Shown here piece after piece: positions 38,942 to 53,526 of a stretch of 64,000 nt of DNA. The number at the start of each line of letters is the position of its first letter. Position 1 is the stretch's first letter. The position numbers and the translations under genes were made by a program. Source of the DNA: Adineta vaga (Eukaryota > Animalia > Rotifera); the NCBI GenBank assembly GCA_021613535.1, contig CP075497.1, forward strand, positions 2,914,001-2,978,000. Direction: 5' to 3'. The notes under the pieces are model-generated. The model saw nothing but the letters and a program-made list of their open reading frames with translations. It did no database searches and was not told where the DNA came from.

Positions 38942-41900
38942 TTATGTATTGCGTAATTCATTAAATATTGCCAATGGGAAGTATTTAATATGTGTATGCC
39001 ATTGTGAAGATATTTGAAAGAATTTTACATTACTCCATTCTTGTCCATCGACATTGACTAAAACAGAAAAAAAAACGTATTTTTGTCGATTTAGACTTTC
39101 TAGTTAGTTATTCGATACAAAACATTACCTTTTAATTCGACATTCTGTGCTTTTGATGTACATACAAGACGATTAATACCTGTGATAACTTGAGGTTCGA
39201 GCAGTTTCGCATTAGATAAATCTTTAAGTTTTTTACCAAATTTCATAACTAAAAGAAAGAATGAAATACGTTTTCCATAGAAACAAAATAATTTCGTTTT
39301 GAAAAAAAAATGTTCTTCAAATCTTCTGTTTATCTTCTCTTTTCCTTATTTCTTCTTTATAAATCAATTTATTCTATATCTTCACGTTCGAAAAGACAAA
39401 CACCTAATTATGCACCAAGATGTCGAATACAAACGACTGCTATTGATCAACCTACTAATTATGATTATCTTAATAATACGAAATACTCGAGAAGAAAACG
39501 TTTTGTTCTTTTTCCTGAATTTGAACTTTTTCTAAATGATCTACGTTACATCAATCGAACACATGAAATGTCTTATTGGATATCAAATTTCTATCCCGAT
39601 CGTCTCAGTACAGATTATATTCATTTTTGTATTCAAGATATAATTCAACAGATTAATAAAGTTATTGATAGAGATATTATTCCTGAACAAGCAACAGATC
39701 CCGGTGATGCTAATTTTCAATTTGTATTTTTTGATTATACAGAATGTCCAACCGATCAAAGTTCCGGAGCAACTATTGATAATGTACAAGTTCTCGATGA
39801 AATGTATATCTATCCAAAAGAACTAACACGTAAAAGTCGATATCGTGCTAATGGAGGAATAAATATTTTAAAAGATGACAAACTTATCTCACTAGTCAAA
39901 TTTAATATGCAACAAACATTTATTCAAGTTGCCGATTTGATTTATGATCCAGTTATTTATACATGTAATGATACAGCAAATGTATGTGAAATTGATACAT
40001 ATTACACTTTATTTCATGAAATATTACATGGCTTTGGTATTGAAGTAAGCCATTTTTAAATTGAACGTCTCGAACAATTTCTGACATTCAGATATTGATT
40101 TTCTTTATGTTAAGAAATGTTATGGAATTAGATTTTCATCCGGTCCCTCATGTTTATTCTTTTAGCATACAACAAATGCTCAACAACCAGTTCCACCTAA
40201 TCCAAATATTCAATCTTTAATGCATTTTAGTTATTTACGTATTCTCTGTCATGATGATATACGAGCTATACGTTTAATTTTTAAATTACCTGTCATCCGA
40301 CAACATGCCGAATATGATGATACATGTCGTCGTGATTTTCCAATGAATTGGTTACAGAGACTAATGTATTTAATTGATCGATATCTAATCAAATCGTCCA
40401 TCGTCGGTTTCATTGCAAGTACAACTGCATTTCTTCTAACTTTACTGTATCTTCTCATTCGTTATTGTTGTCGAACGAAATCAAAGTCAATGAAAGAACA
40501 ATCGTCAACTATAGCAACAAACTCATGGTTTAAAAAAGATAAACAATCCAGAGGTCATGCAGGTAAACATCATGGTTATCTATGGCATGATGATATGCTT
40601 TGAAAACGAAAGAAAAAACTAACTTACTTTTCTGCTTCTTTTCTCGAGTTATATAAGTCATGGTTAATGGTGATGAGATTTTTCCATCGACATTTATTGT
40701 TGCTTGTCGTGTTATTGTTAATAAACGTATATTTGATTTCAAGGAGGATTTTATTGTTCGTATTCCTTCTTTTTTCTCTTTTTGATTCTCATTATTATTA
40801 CCAACAATCGTCCAATAATCGACCGAAATATCATAAGGAGATGTTGATTCTTCTGTATGAGAAGTTCGAATTAAACTACTTGTAATTTTCGATTGAGGTG
40901 ATGTGGATAAAACTGATTGTGAGGGTTCATCATCGGATGAATCTTTTGATTCACGTGGTGGATGCGATGATAATGATAAAGATAAAGATTTTGATAGGAG
41001 AATGTTATCATCCAGAGAGGACATTTGAGATTCATTTGATGTCGAAGATAATGTTCCAAGTCGAACATACTAAAATTCGAATTGTTTGAAATAAATAAGA
41101 AAGAGAAGAAAAGTAAAAGTATATTTACACAAAAAAATGGTAAAAATGTTGGTGATGAATCTTCATCTGGTCTAAAAAGAACAAAGAATTTATTTGTATA
41201 TTTCAAATTACGATCTTACAATCGCCCCTTTCGATTGAGCATCACTTCTCCCACAGGTAATGCAAGTGTACGTTGAGATGTTTTCAAATATCGTGTAATT
41301 TTCAGTGCTAATTCTCGAATATCTACAAAATATCAAACTAAAATACAATCTATTTCACCATAGAAAATATTCATTACCAATGGCTTCATTAGATAAATCT
41401 GTTCCACCAAATAATAAATCATATTGAGCATCTAAACTTGCCAAAAACTTTGCCAAATATGAAAAAGCTACAAAGACAATAGAGATTAGCAAAGAAACTG
41501 TTTCATTTTTCATTAAAAATTATTACTTAATGGTACAAAATAAAAACGAAAATAATTCATATATTCATGTGGTCTTGAAGCCAAACATTCGACATATGAT
41601 TGAAGAAAAGAATTAACAAATGCATCATTACCAAGAAGAACAATACGTATAACTGACACTTGTTTCGATTGACTTGTACTAAAATGAACAGAGAGAAAGT
41701 TTATTTCGAAAAATATTGAAGAGAATGTATTCACGTTTTTTGAATACGTTGAATTAGATTATTTAAAGCAGCTTTAGCATCAGCTAAAGTTGATAATGAA
41801 ATAACCGAGAGATTGTGTTCTTTAAATTTGGATGCCGTGAGCTAATTGAATAAGAATTAGAAAAAGAATTCTGTTATGATAAAAGATAATACATACATTA

Positions 41901-44019
41901 GAATGATGCATTCCTGTATAAAGAAATTTAACAGTTTCTGGAAGACGATCATTTGCATAGAGCTCATCTAGTTGTTTAACAATACTCTATAGAACAGAAA
42001 AATGAAGGTTTTCTTTTAGATAAGATAAGAGAGAAAGAACTAACGGTTGCCGGAGTACGTGGTGGTTTTTCTTCAAGAGCAGACGGTAGTGGTGGTGGAG
42101 GTGGTGGTGATGAAACATTTGTTCGTTCAATTTCCATTCCCACATCAGATGATTCTGAATCCTATTAATTTATTTCATAACGAATTGCAAACAAATTATA
42201 CTTATTTTTCACTTACTAATGGACTATCATTGCTATCAAAAGGATTGGTTAATTTCCTTGGTGTATAAGGATCATCTTCCGACTAATTATAAAAAGAATG
42301 AAATTATCGATGAATTTTGTCAATTTGAACTTACAAATTTCAATACTTGTAGATGTTCAACTGGTGTAAAACCTGGTTTTGGTACTGACTCGATACTCCA
42401 TTGATCGACAGGTATTGTACTATCACTGATATCTGATGGAGGATCTTCTTCAAAATCTGAATGAGGATCTACAATAAAGCGATCTTGTTGATGCAATAAA
42501 TTGGTTGGATTTATTGTTATTGGGTTTGTTGTTCGATTTGATGTCGTATTTGTTTGATTAGGTTTTCTTTTAAACATTTTAATGATTTTATTTCTTATCA
42601 TATTTGGATTAAATTTTTGTTGTTTATTTTTCAAACTGAATTCGACATCACTATCTTCTAATTCTGAATTAACTTCTTCTTCTTCTATATAATCATCATC
42701 TTCATTAAATGATTTATCTAAATAAAAAGAAAAAGCAATTTCATTGGATAAGAACGAAAATTTTCTTATATACCAAAATCTCCTGTACGATTATGTGAAT
42801 GTTGTTTAGTTATTAAACCAACTTTTGGACGTGTTGTTGTCGTTTCTGTTGTTTCATTTGGAATTGTACTTGATAAAGATACAATAGATACATATCCAAC
42901 CGGCCGTTTTTGTATTTCATCATTCGTTGCAATGGATGTTTCTTCATGTATTGTTGAACGAATATTTTGTTTCACTTTTTCATTCGTATTTAGAAATAAA
43001 TGCAAGTCAAGACTTTGCGGACGCTGAATAACCTAAAGATGAAATATTTGTATTAGTAATTTGTTTTCGGGAAACGAGAATTGAGAAAATAAATCTCTTG
43101 AGACTATTGTTTGACGTCATAAATACTCGATATTTGAATTTTTCTTAAATGAAACTATTATCATCCAAAGTTATTATGATCTTGTACTATTGATTGTCTT
43201 TGTTCTATTTTCTATGCGTTTGGTTATTTGATTAGATCAACAAGTTGATTTAACTTCCGCACAAGTACTCGATAGTTATCGATGAGTATAATAATATTTG
43301 TGCATTGGACGTATTTTTGTTAGATTTATTAATAAGTACTATTCCTATTCTTTTTAGATTGATTGTGTGAAAACTCAAGTCATTTTCTGCGGTACTTTAA
43401 CCTTTCCTATTCAATCGATGAATGATAGAGAGAGAAAAATACATTGCTCCTACTTGATTAAGATTGATTTCACCACGTGCTAATGTTTTATAACCAATCA
43501 TTGGTCGATTTTTCCGACGTTGAACATAAATTTGAATTTTATTGATATCTCGTTTAAAATAATGAGGATACTAAAATGAATTGATTCTCTAAGAACTAAT
43601 TCATATAAAAAAAATATATTTACAGTAATCAAATATTGAAGATTGACTGGTGCATCTAATGTTCCATCTTGTTGAAGTGATATATCACAACAGCGAAACG
43701 TACGTTTATTACTCTAATGAGATAAATATTTTCTTAATATGTCTAATTATCGGTTCAATCTATTTACTTGAATTTTAACAGCAATGACAATTGCATTCGA
43801 ATCACCACCATCAATCAAACGATTTAATACAACACGAACAATACTAAATTTACAAAGTCTAAAAAAAAAGAAAAGAAAAAAAATTGAATTAAGGATAAAA
43901 AGAACGAATGAGTTTTACCGTGGGATACATGTCGAACTATTATCAATTTCTAATTGTGCGTAAGCCATCAATGTCGTGGCTGTTTTACTTGGGAGTGTTC
44001 GTGAAGTTTTTTCAGCCAT
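38942..44019 (-). CDS. PACS: Phosphofurin acidic cluster sorting protein, multi-exon; the last two exons lie beyond a 1379-bp intron (39249-40627)
   Basis: [20 protein letters not shown]...GYKTLA; C-terminal exons [15 protein letters not shown] and [26 protein letters not shown] splice in frame. Confidence 0.93.
39310..40603 (+). CDS. Membrane-anchored matrix-metalloproteinase-like metzincin, nested in a PACS intron (2 exons, intron about 40045-40165)
   Basis: Signal peptide, PRC cysteine switch, RRKR furin site, [10 protein letters not shown]|H zinc motif, SLMH Met-turn, [10 protein letters not shown] helix, TM and cytoplasmic tail. Confidence 0.85.
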
Positions 44020-44292
44020 TCGATCGATATTTACAAGAACATACCAGTATTTATTTGTTTGTTTTTCTATTCTGAGTAAAAGGAACACATAATGATAAGA
44101 ACACAAGATAAAAATGCGCAGTCAAATGTAAGTATATATCTAAATATTTAGTGATGAAGCGCTACAATCAATGAGAAATATTCTACCATTCATAGCGTTT
44201 CATATATCAATGCGTTGAAGGAGAAATCTATTTTCTGTTTTTGTTCTGTATATTCGACTCTTTTTTTTTGATAAAAATTTTCTCTTTTTTCA

Positions 44293-47200
44293 ATGGTTCT
44301 ATGGGGAGATGCATTTTGGAGTGAGGGAAATCGAGGCTTCGAAGTCTTATCAAGTAATGTCAAAAATGGTGCGATAGCTATCGAAGAATTTCAACGATTT
44401 CTTAATGAAAGGTATGTATAAAACTTACGGAAGACATAAAAAACGCGAAATAGTTTCGATTACATTTCATATCATCTCCTTTTTAAGTTATGTAACAAAG
44501 GATTCGTAAAAAAATCAACAATATTTTCTTGTCTTTAGTGTTCAATGTGAATCGATTTACTGTAAAAGTATATCTCGGTTACAAGCTCAATTAATAAAAA
44601 CACAACATGTTGGTACATTTACACCAATATGGTATTTAATACGTGATATTATTGATAAAATCTCATCTGCACATTCAACAACAGTTAATTTATTTCAAGA
44701 TTTATTACGTGATGTTCATACATATCAAGATTTATACCAAAAAAAAGTTAAAACACAAATCCAAAAAGATATTGATATTACACGTTCAACTGATCTTATG
44801 TCTCAGTTAACCAATGCTTTTCATACAGTAAATAAAGCGAAAGAACAGTATCATTCTATTGCTATTGATTATGAACGAACTAAACGTAGTGGAAATTCTG
44901 CGTTGAATAATCTTTCAACGTCAGCATCACAAGATAGTAATTCTCCAGGCCTTGCTCAATCTGCAATAAATTCTTTCGCAATGAGACAATTAGATCGTTT
45001 AGAAAAGAAATATCGTCAAGCTCAAGATGAATATAAAACAACGATTGAAAGATATAATTTAATACGAAATGAATATGAAAAACGTTTTCATGATGGTAAA
45101 TTTTCAATTCTTCTCAAAGATTATTCGATTCGTTTCTTTAGCGTGTACAAAATTTCAAGATTTTGAAATTGATCATATTGAAAAAATGCTTGTTTATTCA
45201 TTAAATTATTCCGATATTCTTCAACGTTATAGTGAACAAATCGGAATCGCACAAACAGATTTTACCGCAAAATTAAAATCTTTAACTGGACCGAATCTTT
45301 TAGACTCGTTTGTCGAACAAAAGAAAACAGGAACCGAACCACCAAGTAATCGCTGAAAATTCCTTCAACAAATCATTCTCTTTTCATTCGATCGATTTTA
45401 GTCGCTTTACAATTTGAAGATATTGATAATCTACGTGCGCCAATGTCGTCAGCAAATTTAGAATCATCAACTGTACAAGATGATTTTAATCTATTCGATC
45501 AAGTAGAACCAAATGTACCCGCCTTTCAAGCTCATTTTGCTGTTCCATCAACACCAACAAAACCTGTTGAAAACAGTCGGAGTAAGTCGAACGATTTTCT
45601 AGTTAGAATCAAGTTCATCTTTCGATTCAGCTCGTGCCTATCATCATCATCATCATCATCATTCTTTTTTTCACAGTTTGTATCATATCTATTCATGCAG
45701 AAATCTTAACAAAGCAATTGTTTCTCCTCTCTCTCTAACTCATCATTCTTTTTGCTGCATGAGAAATTATTGAATTGACTTATCTATTGTTCTTTTGCTT
45801 AGAAAATATAAAATCATAGAGACTGTTTTCTCTTTAGCATCAATGCCGAATGCGGCAAGTAGTGGTGCACAAACGCCACCTAATAATGCAATTGTATCTC
45901 CTCCGATGAACCACCAAATAACATCATCGAGTCCAATAATCGCAAACAGTGCAACAACTCGCACATCAGAAGCAATGGCAAATAATGAACAAACAACAAA
46001 TCCATTTGATTTAAAGATCAGAAAACCGAAATTTCCAGGTTCGTTTTTTTTTCTCGATGAATATCAAACTTTTGTAAGAATAATGTCTTCTTCTTTTTAT
46101 ATAATAGGATTTTTTGGATCGGTTCGTAAAGAGAAAAAAGATAAGAAACTTGAGAAAAAATCATCGTTTACGGCAAAATCTCGTCGAGCATTTCAATCAC
46201 AACATTCACATGAGGGTACAGCCGGTAATATGTCACAATCTACTAATAATGAGTATAATGATTTCAATGCTTCAATGGATAAAAGCAAAGATGTAAGTAT
46301 ACATCAAAAGATATTCCTTTTCTCTTTATCTCTCTCATAGGCAAATTTCGATCCATTCGGTGCCTTAACACCTTTCGATGAGATCAATTCTAATCAAAAT
46401 ACGAAGCTATCATCGAAACGTTCATCAACTTCAAGTGATTTCAGTGATGATGATGATGACAATTTAATGCTAAAAATCAACGTAAAAATCAATCCAAAAG
46501 CAGAAGCTACGATCGATGCTGATGCTGATGATGATAACAAAATAATGAATGCGATGCGTTTAATTGACAAAAATATTGCCAATACGGCTACAACTTCTCG
46601 AGGATCACCACTTGTAAATCCATTCGAAACAATAAATAATCAATCACCAAAAATCAAACCCATTTCATCTTTTTAGAAAATCTCCGATACAAATAAATCA
46701 ACATCAAATGAACAAATTAATACACGACCGCTTCCACCACCACCATTACCATCGCGTCCCACTACGTATGAATATACAATCTTTCTTATCGAATCTCTCA
46801 TTATCAATCTATTTATCTTAGAACGCTACCGAATAACATTGCAACAAATAGTTTCGATCAATTGAGTATGTTTCCTCCACATCAAGAATTTGATCGAACT
46901 GCATCGAATACATCGGATCCACCAGCACCTTTTGGTCAAGATAGTTTCTTTCTTTTTCCACAATTAACAAATAAAAGTAAGTTTCAGTTGCTGAACATAC
47001 CTGAATACGAGTTCTTTTTTAGGTAAAAGTACAACACCAGTCTCATCGAATGAAGATGATTCAGAAGTAGCGAATTCATTTTTTAATGATAATTTAACCG
47101 ATAAAACATCGATACTTCCTGTTTTACAACCGCCTTCATTACTCAAATCGAATGTAAGAATCATTTTAATACATTCATTATTGACATAAATATGATTTCA

Positions 47201-47356
47201 AATCTTCGAGAAACTTTATTTTATGAAGAAAAAATGCTGAATTTTTAGATGACGATCGCAAGAAATGAATTTCAACAAATATTCAGGCATTTATTAGGCT
47301 TATCTCACTATTCATATCGATTTTTATACAAAAAAAGGATACATACAACGATTTTC

Positions 47357-47398
<42 letters not shown>

Positions 47399-49109
47399 TC
47401 AATTACCATTTTGATATACCTTGAAGAGTATGTAATAATGAAATGTTAAGCTATACGACACGCGAGTATCGCCCTACTTCAACCTTGACTTTTGTAAAAT
47501 CCTTTTTATTCATTCATATTCATTCTCTCTCACTTTCCAACCCTCAAACTGCAATTGCTTAGGAAAGGACACGTGAACAAGGATAAGACAAGGACCCATG
47601 AACAAGGGCATCATATTCCGAATAAAATAGTTTTTTTTTCTTTATCATTTAATCACATTTCGTTGCATGTGTTCAAAAGACGCTTTGTTTTTCCGTCGCA
47701 CTTTTCTCTTCTACAAAACGATGAATCAAAAGAGATCAACATATCGATATGAATGTAGTTTTCTTACAAATATTATCTCTTGTCTATCTTTTTATAGAAA
47801 CACTTTATTACATTTATATGTTTCTACTTTTAGCAACAACAATCAGCATTGTCTCCATTTAATACTCAAACCATGGCTCCAATCAATGCAAATTTTCGAA
47901 ATAGTCCAACTGTTTCTAATGATCAGGGAATGTCTCCTCTTACAATTGGTGCTACTGATCAAATTCCACTTGCAATTGCTTTTCAAGAAACGATTCATGT
48001 AATGATGTGTGGAAATGATCGAAAAAAGTAATCAACAAAATCATTCCTTCTAGAATTCTATTTAAAATCTTCTTCTAGTTGGAAAAGTCGAATTATAGGT
48101 GATATGCTTATCTCATTTCCAGCTTCAATTCTAACATTGCTTAGTGATCCTGAACGGTTTGCAAATAAATTACAATTTCAATTGAAAAATCTCGATAATA
48201 TTGAAAAAATCAATGTAAAATCACCGCCTATAACAGAGTAAAGAATTTGATTCTTAATTTCTTATGTTAGTTCTCTATTTTTATAGAAATGAATCAAGTT
48301 ATTCATTTGATATGACTGAACTGAATAATATTCTTCGTAATTTACATGAAAAAACACCTTCATCACGTTTTTTTAATTTGAATGTGCTCAATTATGAAGT
48401 TTGTCAATCGAGTATTCTTTTCTTTTTCTCACAATTTTCTCTTTAAAAGGTCAAAAATTTGGATCTATCCAATATTCCAATAGAAATATCATCTCAATGG
48501 ACACGTACATTTGATACAATTTCTGTAACAATCAATTATCGTTTCAATAGTTCACTTCTACCTGAATCTGTACGAATCAATAATGATACTGTGATATTCT
48601 ATACCATCATTACAGATGGAGAACAAATTAAAGAATCATTACCGAGTGCTGAATGGTATAAACAAAGAAATTTTTCTCTATTAATACGTATCTATAAATC
48701 TTTCCTAGGTCAACACATGAACATAAACTATGGTGGAAAGTTCCATACATTCGAAATGGTACAGGAAATTTATCTGCAACTGTAATTACTGTTCAAGCAG
48801 ATCCAATCGAAAATGATAATGATAATGATGATCAATTAGAACAACCATTGACAACATCATCGATTATTAATGCATATTTTATTGGTGAAAATGCACTTTT
48901 TTCACCAATTGATATCGATCTTACTTCTCGTGGTTATCGAATTTCTTTGCTTAAAAAGAAAATTCTCAGTGGTATATTTTCAAAACAGATACATAGATTA
49001 AACTGAAAGATTGATTTTTCTAGGTAAATATCAATCAGAACCAGATCAAAGTGAACCAATTCATCTATTTCAACGACCAACTATATCACCATCATCAACT
49101 GATCAATAA
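44293..49109 (+). CDS. FCHO: F-BAR + mu-homology endocytic adaptor (muniscin)
   Basis: FWSEGNRGFEVL...GTFTPIW F-BAR; acidic/Pro-rich linker; SPLTIG...IPLAIAFQETIH...GDMLISFP mu-homology domain ending KKKILSGKY. Confidence 0.93.
47358..47397 (+). repeat. 40-nt poly-T tract in an enlarged FCHo intron
   Basis: Direct count of the T run; the adjacent sequence at 47450-47620 is less AT-rich than normal intron. Confidence 0.9.
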
Positions 49110-49395
49110 AATCCCTGTGCAATATCACGTCAAGAATAAATGTGATAAAATTTCTCGTTTTTTTTTATTCTTCTTCAATAGTCTCGCATTTATTAGACGA
49201 ATACAAAGTATTAACGAACAGTATTTCTCGTTATTTTTAACCTCTTGTTAACACTCAGCTAGTTAATATTAATACCTATCTATTTTTGTCGATAATCATT
49301 GTTTTACTTTTTATTTTTCTGCTAATTGACCTTTCGTTATTTCGATGATCTATGCAATACAATTTAATTATTTTGTTGTGAAGAAAAATAAAAGT

Positions 49396-50409
49396 TTAAA
49401 AATCAATTCCACGAGCCATTTTTTCTTTTAATAGAATAATATCTTGTAACCATGTTTGACGGAAACGAAATTGATCTGGTTGATGAATTATACTCGTCGT
49501 TTCGAATGCAAATAAAACTTTCACAGGATGATTCTATTCAAACCAAGTTTTTCAAGAAAACAGTTTGTTTGTTTGTTTTTTCAAAGAAAAACTTACCTTT
49601 GCTCTCACTTTTGAAACATCAATGGTAAAATAGATACAAATTGTTTGTCGTGGTATAGGCGATCTTCGTGTTGGGATTGAATAACGTACCTGATTAGATT
49701 GAAATAGAATAGAGGTAACAAAGAGAAATAAAATTTACTCGATAAATATATAAATCATTGAATTCAAGTGATCGTTTTTCAATAAAATCAATTGCATGTA
49801 ACCAACAAAGATCATGACCACCTGGTGCTGTTTTCCATTCCTTTAGAATAAATTATAGATAATTACTATGGTATAGGTAGTTTTTTGAAAGGAAGCAATG
49901 CGTTTGTTTCTAATCAGAAGAGAAAAAAAAAGGATCAGATTTAAACCATAGATAGAATCCTTTTCGTTTTTTTTTGATAAAGAGAAAATAAAATCAAATA
50001 GATTAGTTTTTTTTGTATTCATCTTGTGTGAGTAGATATTTGATTATAACTAACTTTTTCGATATATTCGTAGATTTTTTCTTTACCAACGCTTTCATCT
50101 GTAAATTCAGAAATCTTTGGCCATCGTATCACTACATGTTCCGATGTTCTTGCTTCGTTTTCTAATTCGATAAAACGACCTCTGTCATTTGTATGTTCAG
50201 TATCATTGACATTAACTGTCTGTCTGATATGTGCTGAAGATTGTTGAATGAGTCGATCGACAATACATTTAGCTTCATGAGCTAGTACACTATAATCTTC
50301 CGATGGTCCAGTAGACTGTAAAAAGAATAAAAGAAGATCAAATGAGTATGAGAAGGTATAGATGATTTTAATTACGTGCCACAGGCATGTATACATCGGT
50401 AGCAGCCAT
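49396..50409 (-). CDS. AKAP14: A-kinase anchor protein 14/28-like (ciliary), multi-exon; start uncertain
   Basis: IRWPKISEFT...WLHAIDF...YRVRYSIPTRRSPIPR...YFTI...RFRQTWLQDII. Confidence 0.85.
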
Positions 50410-50804
50410 TTGTAGCAACTGGAATTGTTCGTTTTTTTCAAGTTTCGTTTGGCATCATCAACAGAGTAACTATGGAGACAGTTCAATGATCCAATTGATA
50501 ATTTTGAGCTTTTTTAAGGAAATAAATCATGAAGAATTTTTCGAAAATATCTTCAGATTTTATTTATCAAACAAATGAAAAAAAAATGCAAATTTAATTG
50601 GATAGTATTTGATCCAATAGAAATATTTCGTGTCATATATACATTAAATTCTTATTTATTGTTTATTTATATTCTATTTTAGTTCTTCTATTAGTTCCTT
50701 ACGACCTTCATTCATTTGTTTTTTGCTTGGCAATTGTATTATCTACAGACTTGTGAAGCTTTTTTTCAAGATTTTTATATCATGTGCTAAGCAATCATTG
50801 TGCA

Positions 50805-53526
50805 ATGTCCAGTAATACGCAACAAACTCTGTGGAAAACAGAACATTCCGTACCCGGAAGGTAAATTCTTCTTAAAATTTTCGTTTTATTTCATGTATTT
50901 AATTGATATAGACCTGTTTTTGGTGCTCAACATCCTCCACTTTCAAAGTACATGAAAAGATTATATTTTTCACATTAATTTGAAATTCTTTTTTTAGAAA
51001 GCCGGTTATACCTAGTTCTTTGATTTTAAAGAAAAAAGAACAAGAGAAATTTAATGAATATTCAATCAATACCGATGATGCTTGGGAAATCGATGATAGA
51101 ACAATGACTTTAAAAATACTTGAAAGTGATAACAATCATGAAGAGGATAATGATAATCATTCACAACTATTAGGCATTTCAAAACAAGTTTGTTCTAGTT
51201 GATTGCTGATGAATTTGTAACCTGATGAATTGATTCTCGTTTTAGACAGTCGATGAAGTTGCATCAAGAGTCATACAAGAACATAAATCGAAAATTCAAT
51301 CAAATCAAGTGACACTTGACGCATCCGCTGGTAAAGAAAAATACCATTTTCAAATTTATTCAACCGAATTCCTAAAGAAATTTTCATTTCCACTGACTTA
51401 TGAAAAACATCTTACCCAATGATTTCACTTCTGTGCTTTCATTTTGAAAAGGAAATTGAATTTTGATCGAAGAGAGCATATCAATGATGTCATGTTCATA
51501 CTAGAATAAGATTATCTCATTCCGGATAAGTCTCATTATCTTCATTTCCGGTATGTTGGCTCGTTTCGTAGTTCTAATACTATCATGCACTTGTTCAGGA
51601 AACGATAGTTCTATTCAGGAAGTTGTTTTTTCGTGAGAGATATGACCAATTAACATATACTTTCCTTTTCATTTGCTCTCAAAATGAATTAGAAGATGGT
51701 TTAGTATAGATGATCTCTTCAATTCTAGTTCGAAGACCCACGATTGGAACAAATACAAACACAACTTCTTGTCCAGGCATTGGTCGACGTGTTGGAAATT
51801 ATCCAAATATTAAACCCTTAGTACCTATTCGATACAATACAACTACGAATAATAATAATAATAATAATAATTCAACTTCTTCTTCGAATACAATAAATAA
51901 TCTTCGATCGAATGTTTTTACAAAATCTGATATCGAAGTTCAAAAAGAAAATAAATTTAAACAACTCATTGAACAATCTAATGTTGATTTGAGTATGAAT
52001 CGATTCTATATTGATAACCAACATCCTTTTTGAAATATTTTTCTCATTTAGATGAACTTCGTAAAGCAAGTTGGAATGGTATTCCTAAACAGTATCGTGC
52101 ACAAGCTTGGAAATTACTCTGTGTATATTTTAAACTCTTTCATTCGTTTTTGTTTTTGTATTTAATTGAATACAATTTTTTAGGGTTATTTACCAGCTAA
52201 AACTGAACGACGTGAAGATACATTAACAAGAAAACGCGACGAATATTGGTCTTATGTTAGTCAATATTATCATACACGTACAGAAATCGAACATCAAGAT
52301 ACATTTCGACAGGTATGCATTCCTATTCTAAATGAATAGTGATCGATAAAGGAATAAACAAAGTTCTGACTCTGCTGTCCCTAGGCGATAATAATCTTTT
52401 AGAATATGAAATGAATTTTTCATGTAATAAATCATTTTCATATCTTTGACTAAGCCTTACAAAATCTTATCTATCTCATTCTCTAATCCATCTAAGTGCT
52501 TTTCTTTCTTCGAGAAGAATCTTTCTAAGTGCAGCCGACAATGAATTCTTCACCAAATGGAAAGAAAATTAAGGAATTATTTCTTATTTAGATTCATATA
52601 GATATTCCACGAATGAATCCATTGATGCCAATATTTCAACAGATAGTCGTACAAGAATTATTCGAACGTATTCTATTTATATGGGCTATTCGTCATCCAG
52701 CAAGTGGTTATGTTCAAGGAATAAATGATCTTGTCACACCATTTTTTGTTGTTTTTCTCTCGGAATTTATCGATAATGGTAGGATTGAAAGAGACAAAAT
52801 AGAACGAAATTAACTTTCGTTTATATTAGATTTTGAAATCGAAAATTTTGATATCAGTTCATTGCCGGAACAAAATAGAAAAATTGTTGAAGCTGATAGT
52901 TTTTGGGCAACATCACATCTACTTGAAGGTATTCAAGATAATTATACATTTGCTCAACCCGGTATTCAATATAAAGTTCGTACACTTGAAGAACTTGTTA
53001 AACGCATTGATGGTTTGTTTAAAGCAGAAAAAAAGTTATTTCCGAATCAAATTCGTTCTATCTCTTTAGATCCATTGTATCGTCATTTGAAAGATCAACA
53101 TATTGAATTCTTACAATTCGCTTTCCGATGGATGAATAATCTATTAATGAGAGAATTTCCTGTACGATGTACTATTCGTCTATGGGATACTTATCTCGTA
53201 TGAAATTCATTTGATTTAGAAGATAAATTATACAAATTTGTTTTAGTCGGAACAAAATGGATTTTCTCAATTTCATTTGTATATATGTGCCGCATTTCTT
53301 GTTCGTTTTTCCAAAGATCTTCTACGTGAAAAAGACTTTCAGGTAAACGAGAAAATCACACAAACCAAATTTGATATTGATTTTCAATTTTTCTCAGGGG
53401 ATTCTTCTTCTTCTTCAAAATCTACCAACACATTCATGGACGAGCAATGATATAAGTATATTAACTGCTGAAGCTTATCAATTAAAGGTTATGTTTGCCA
53501 ATGCACCACGACATTTGTCAAGCTAG
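50805..53526 (+). CDS. TBC1D22: Rab-GAP TBC domain protein, multi-exon
   Basis: ELRKASWNGIP...QIHIDIPRMNP...WAIRHPASGYVQGINDLVTPFF...EADSFW...GIQDNYTFAQPGIQ...QFAFRWMNNLLMRE...RLWDTY. Confidence 0.97.

Noticed and set aside
40530-40627. PACS C-terminus as given by the ORF track, overlapping the MMP-like CDS
   Set aside because: This is intron read-through; a GTAAGT donor at 40627 leads to the conserved PACS C-terminal exons at 38942-39248.
52370-52545. Possible H/ACA snoRNA in an enlarged TBC1D22 intron
   Set aside because: Only weak AT-rich stems and short boxes expected by chance; it needs a covariance-model search.
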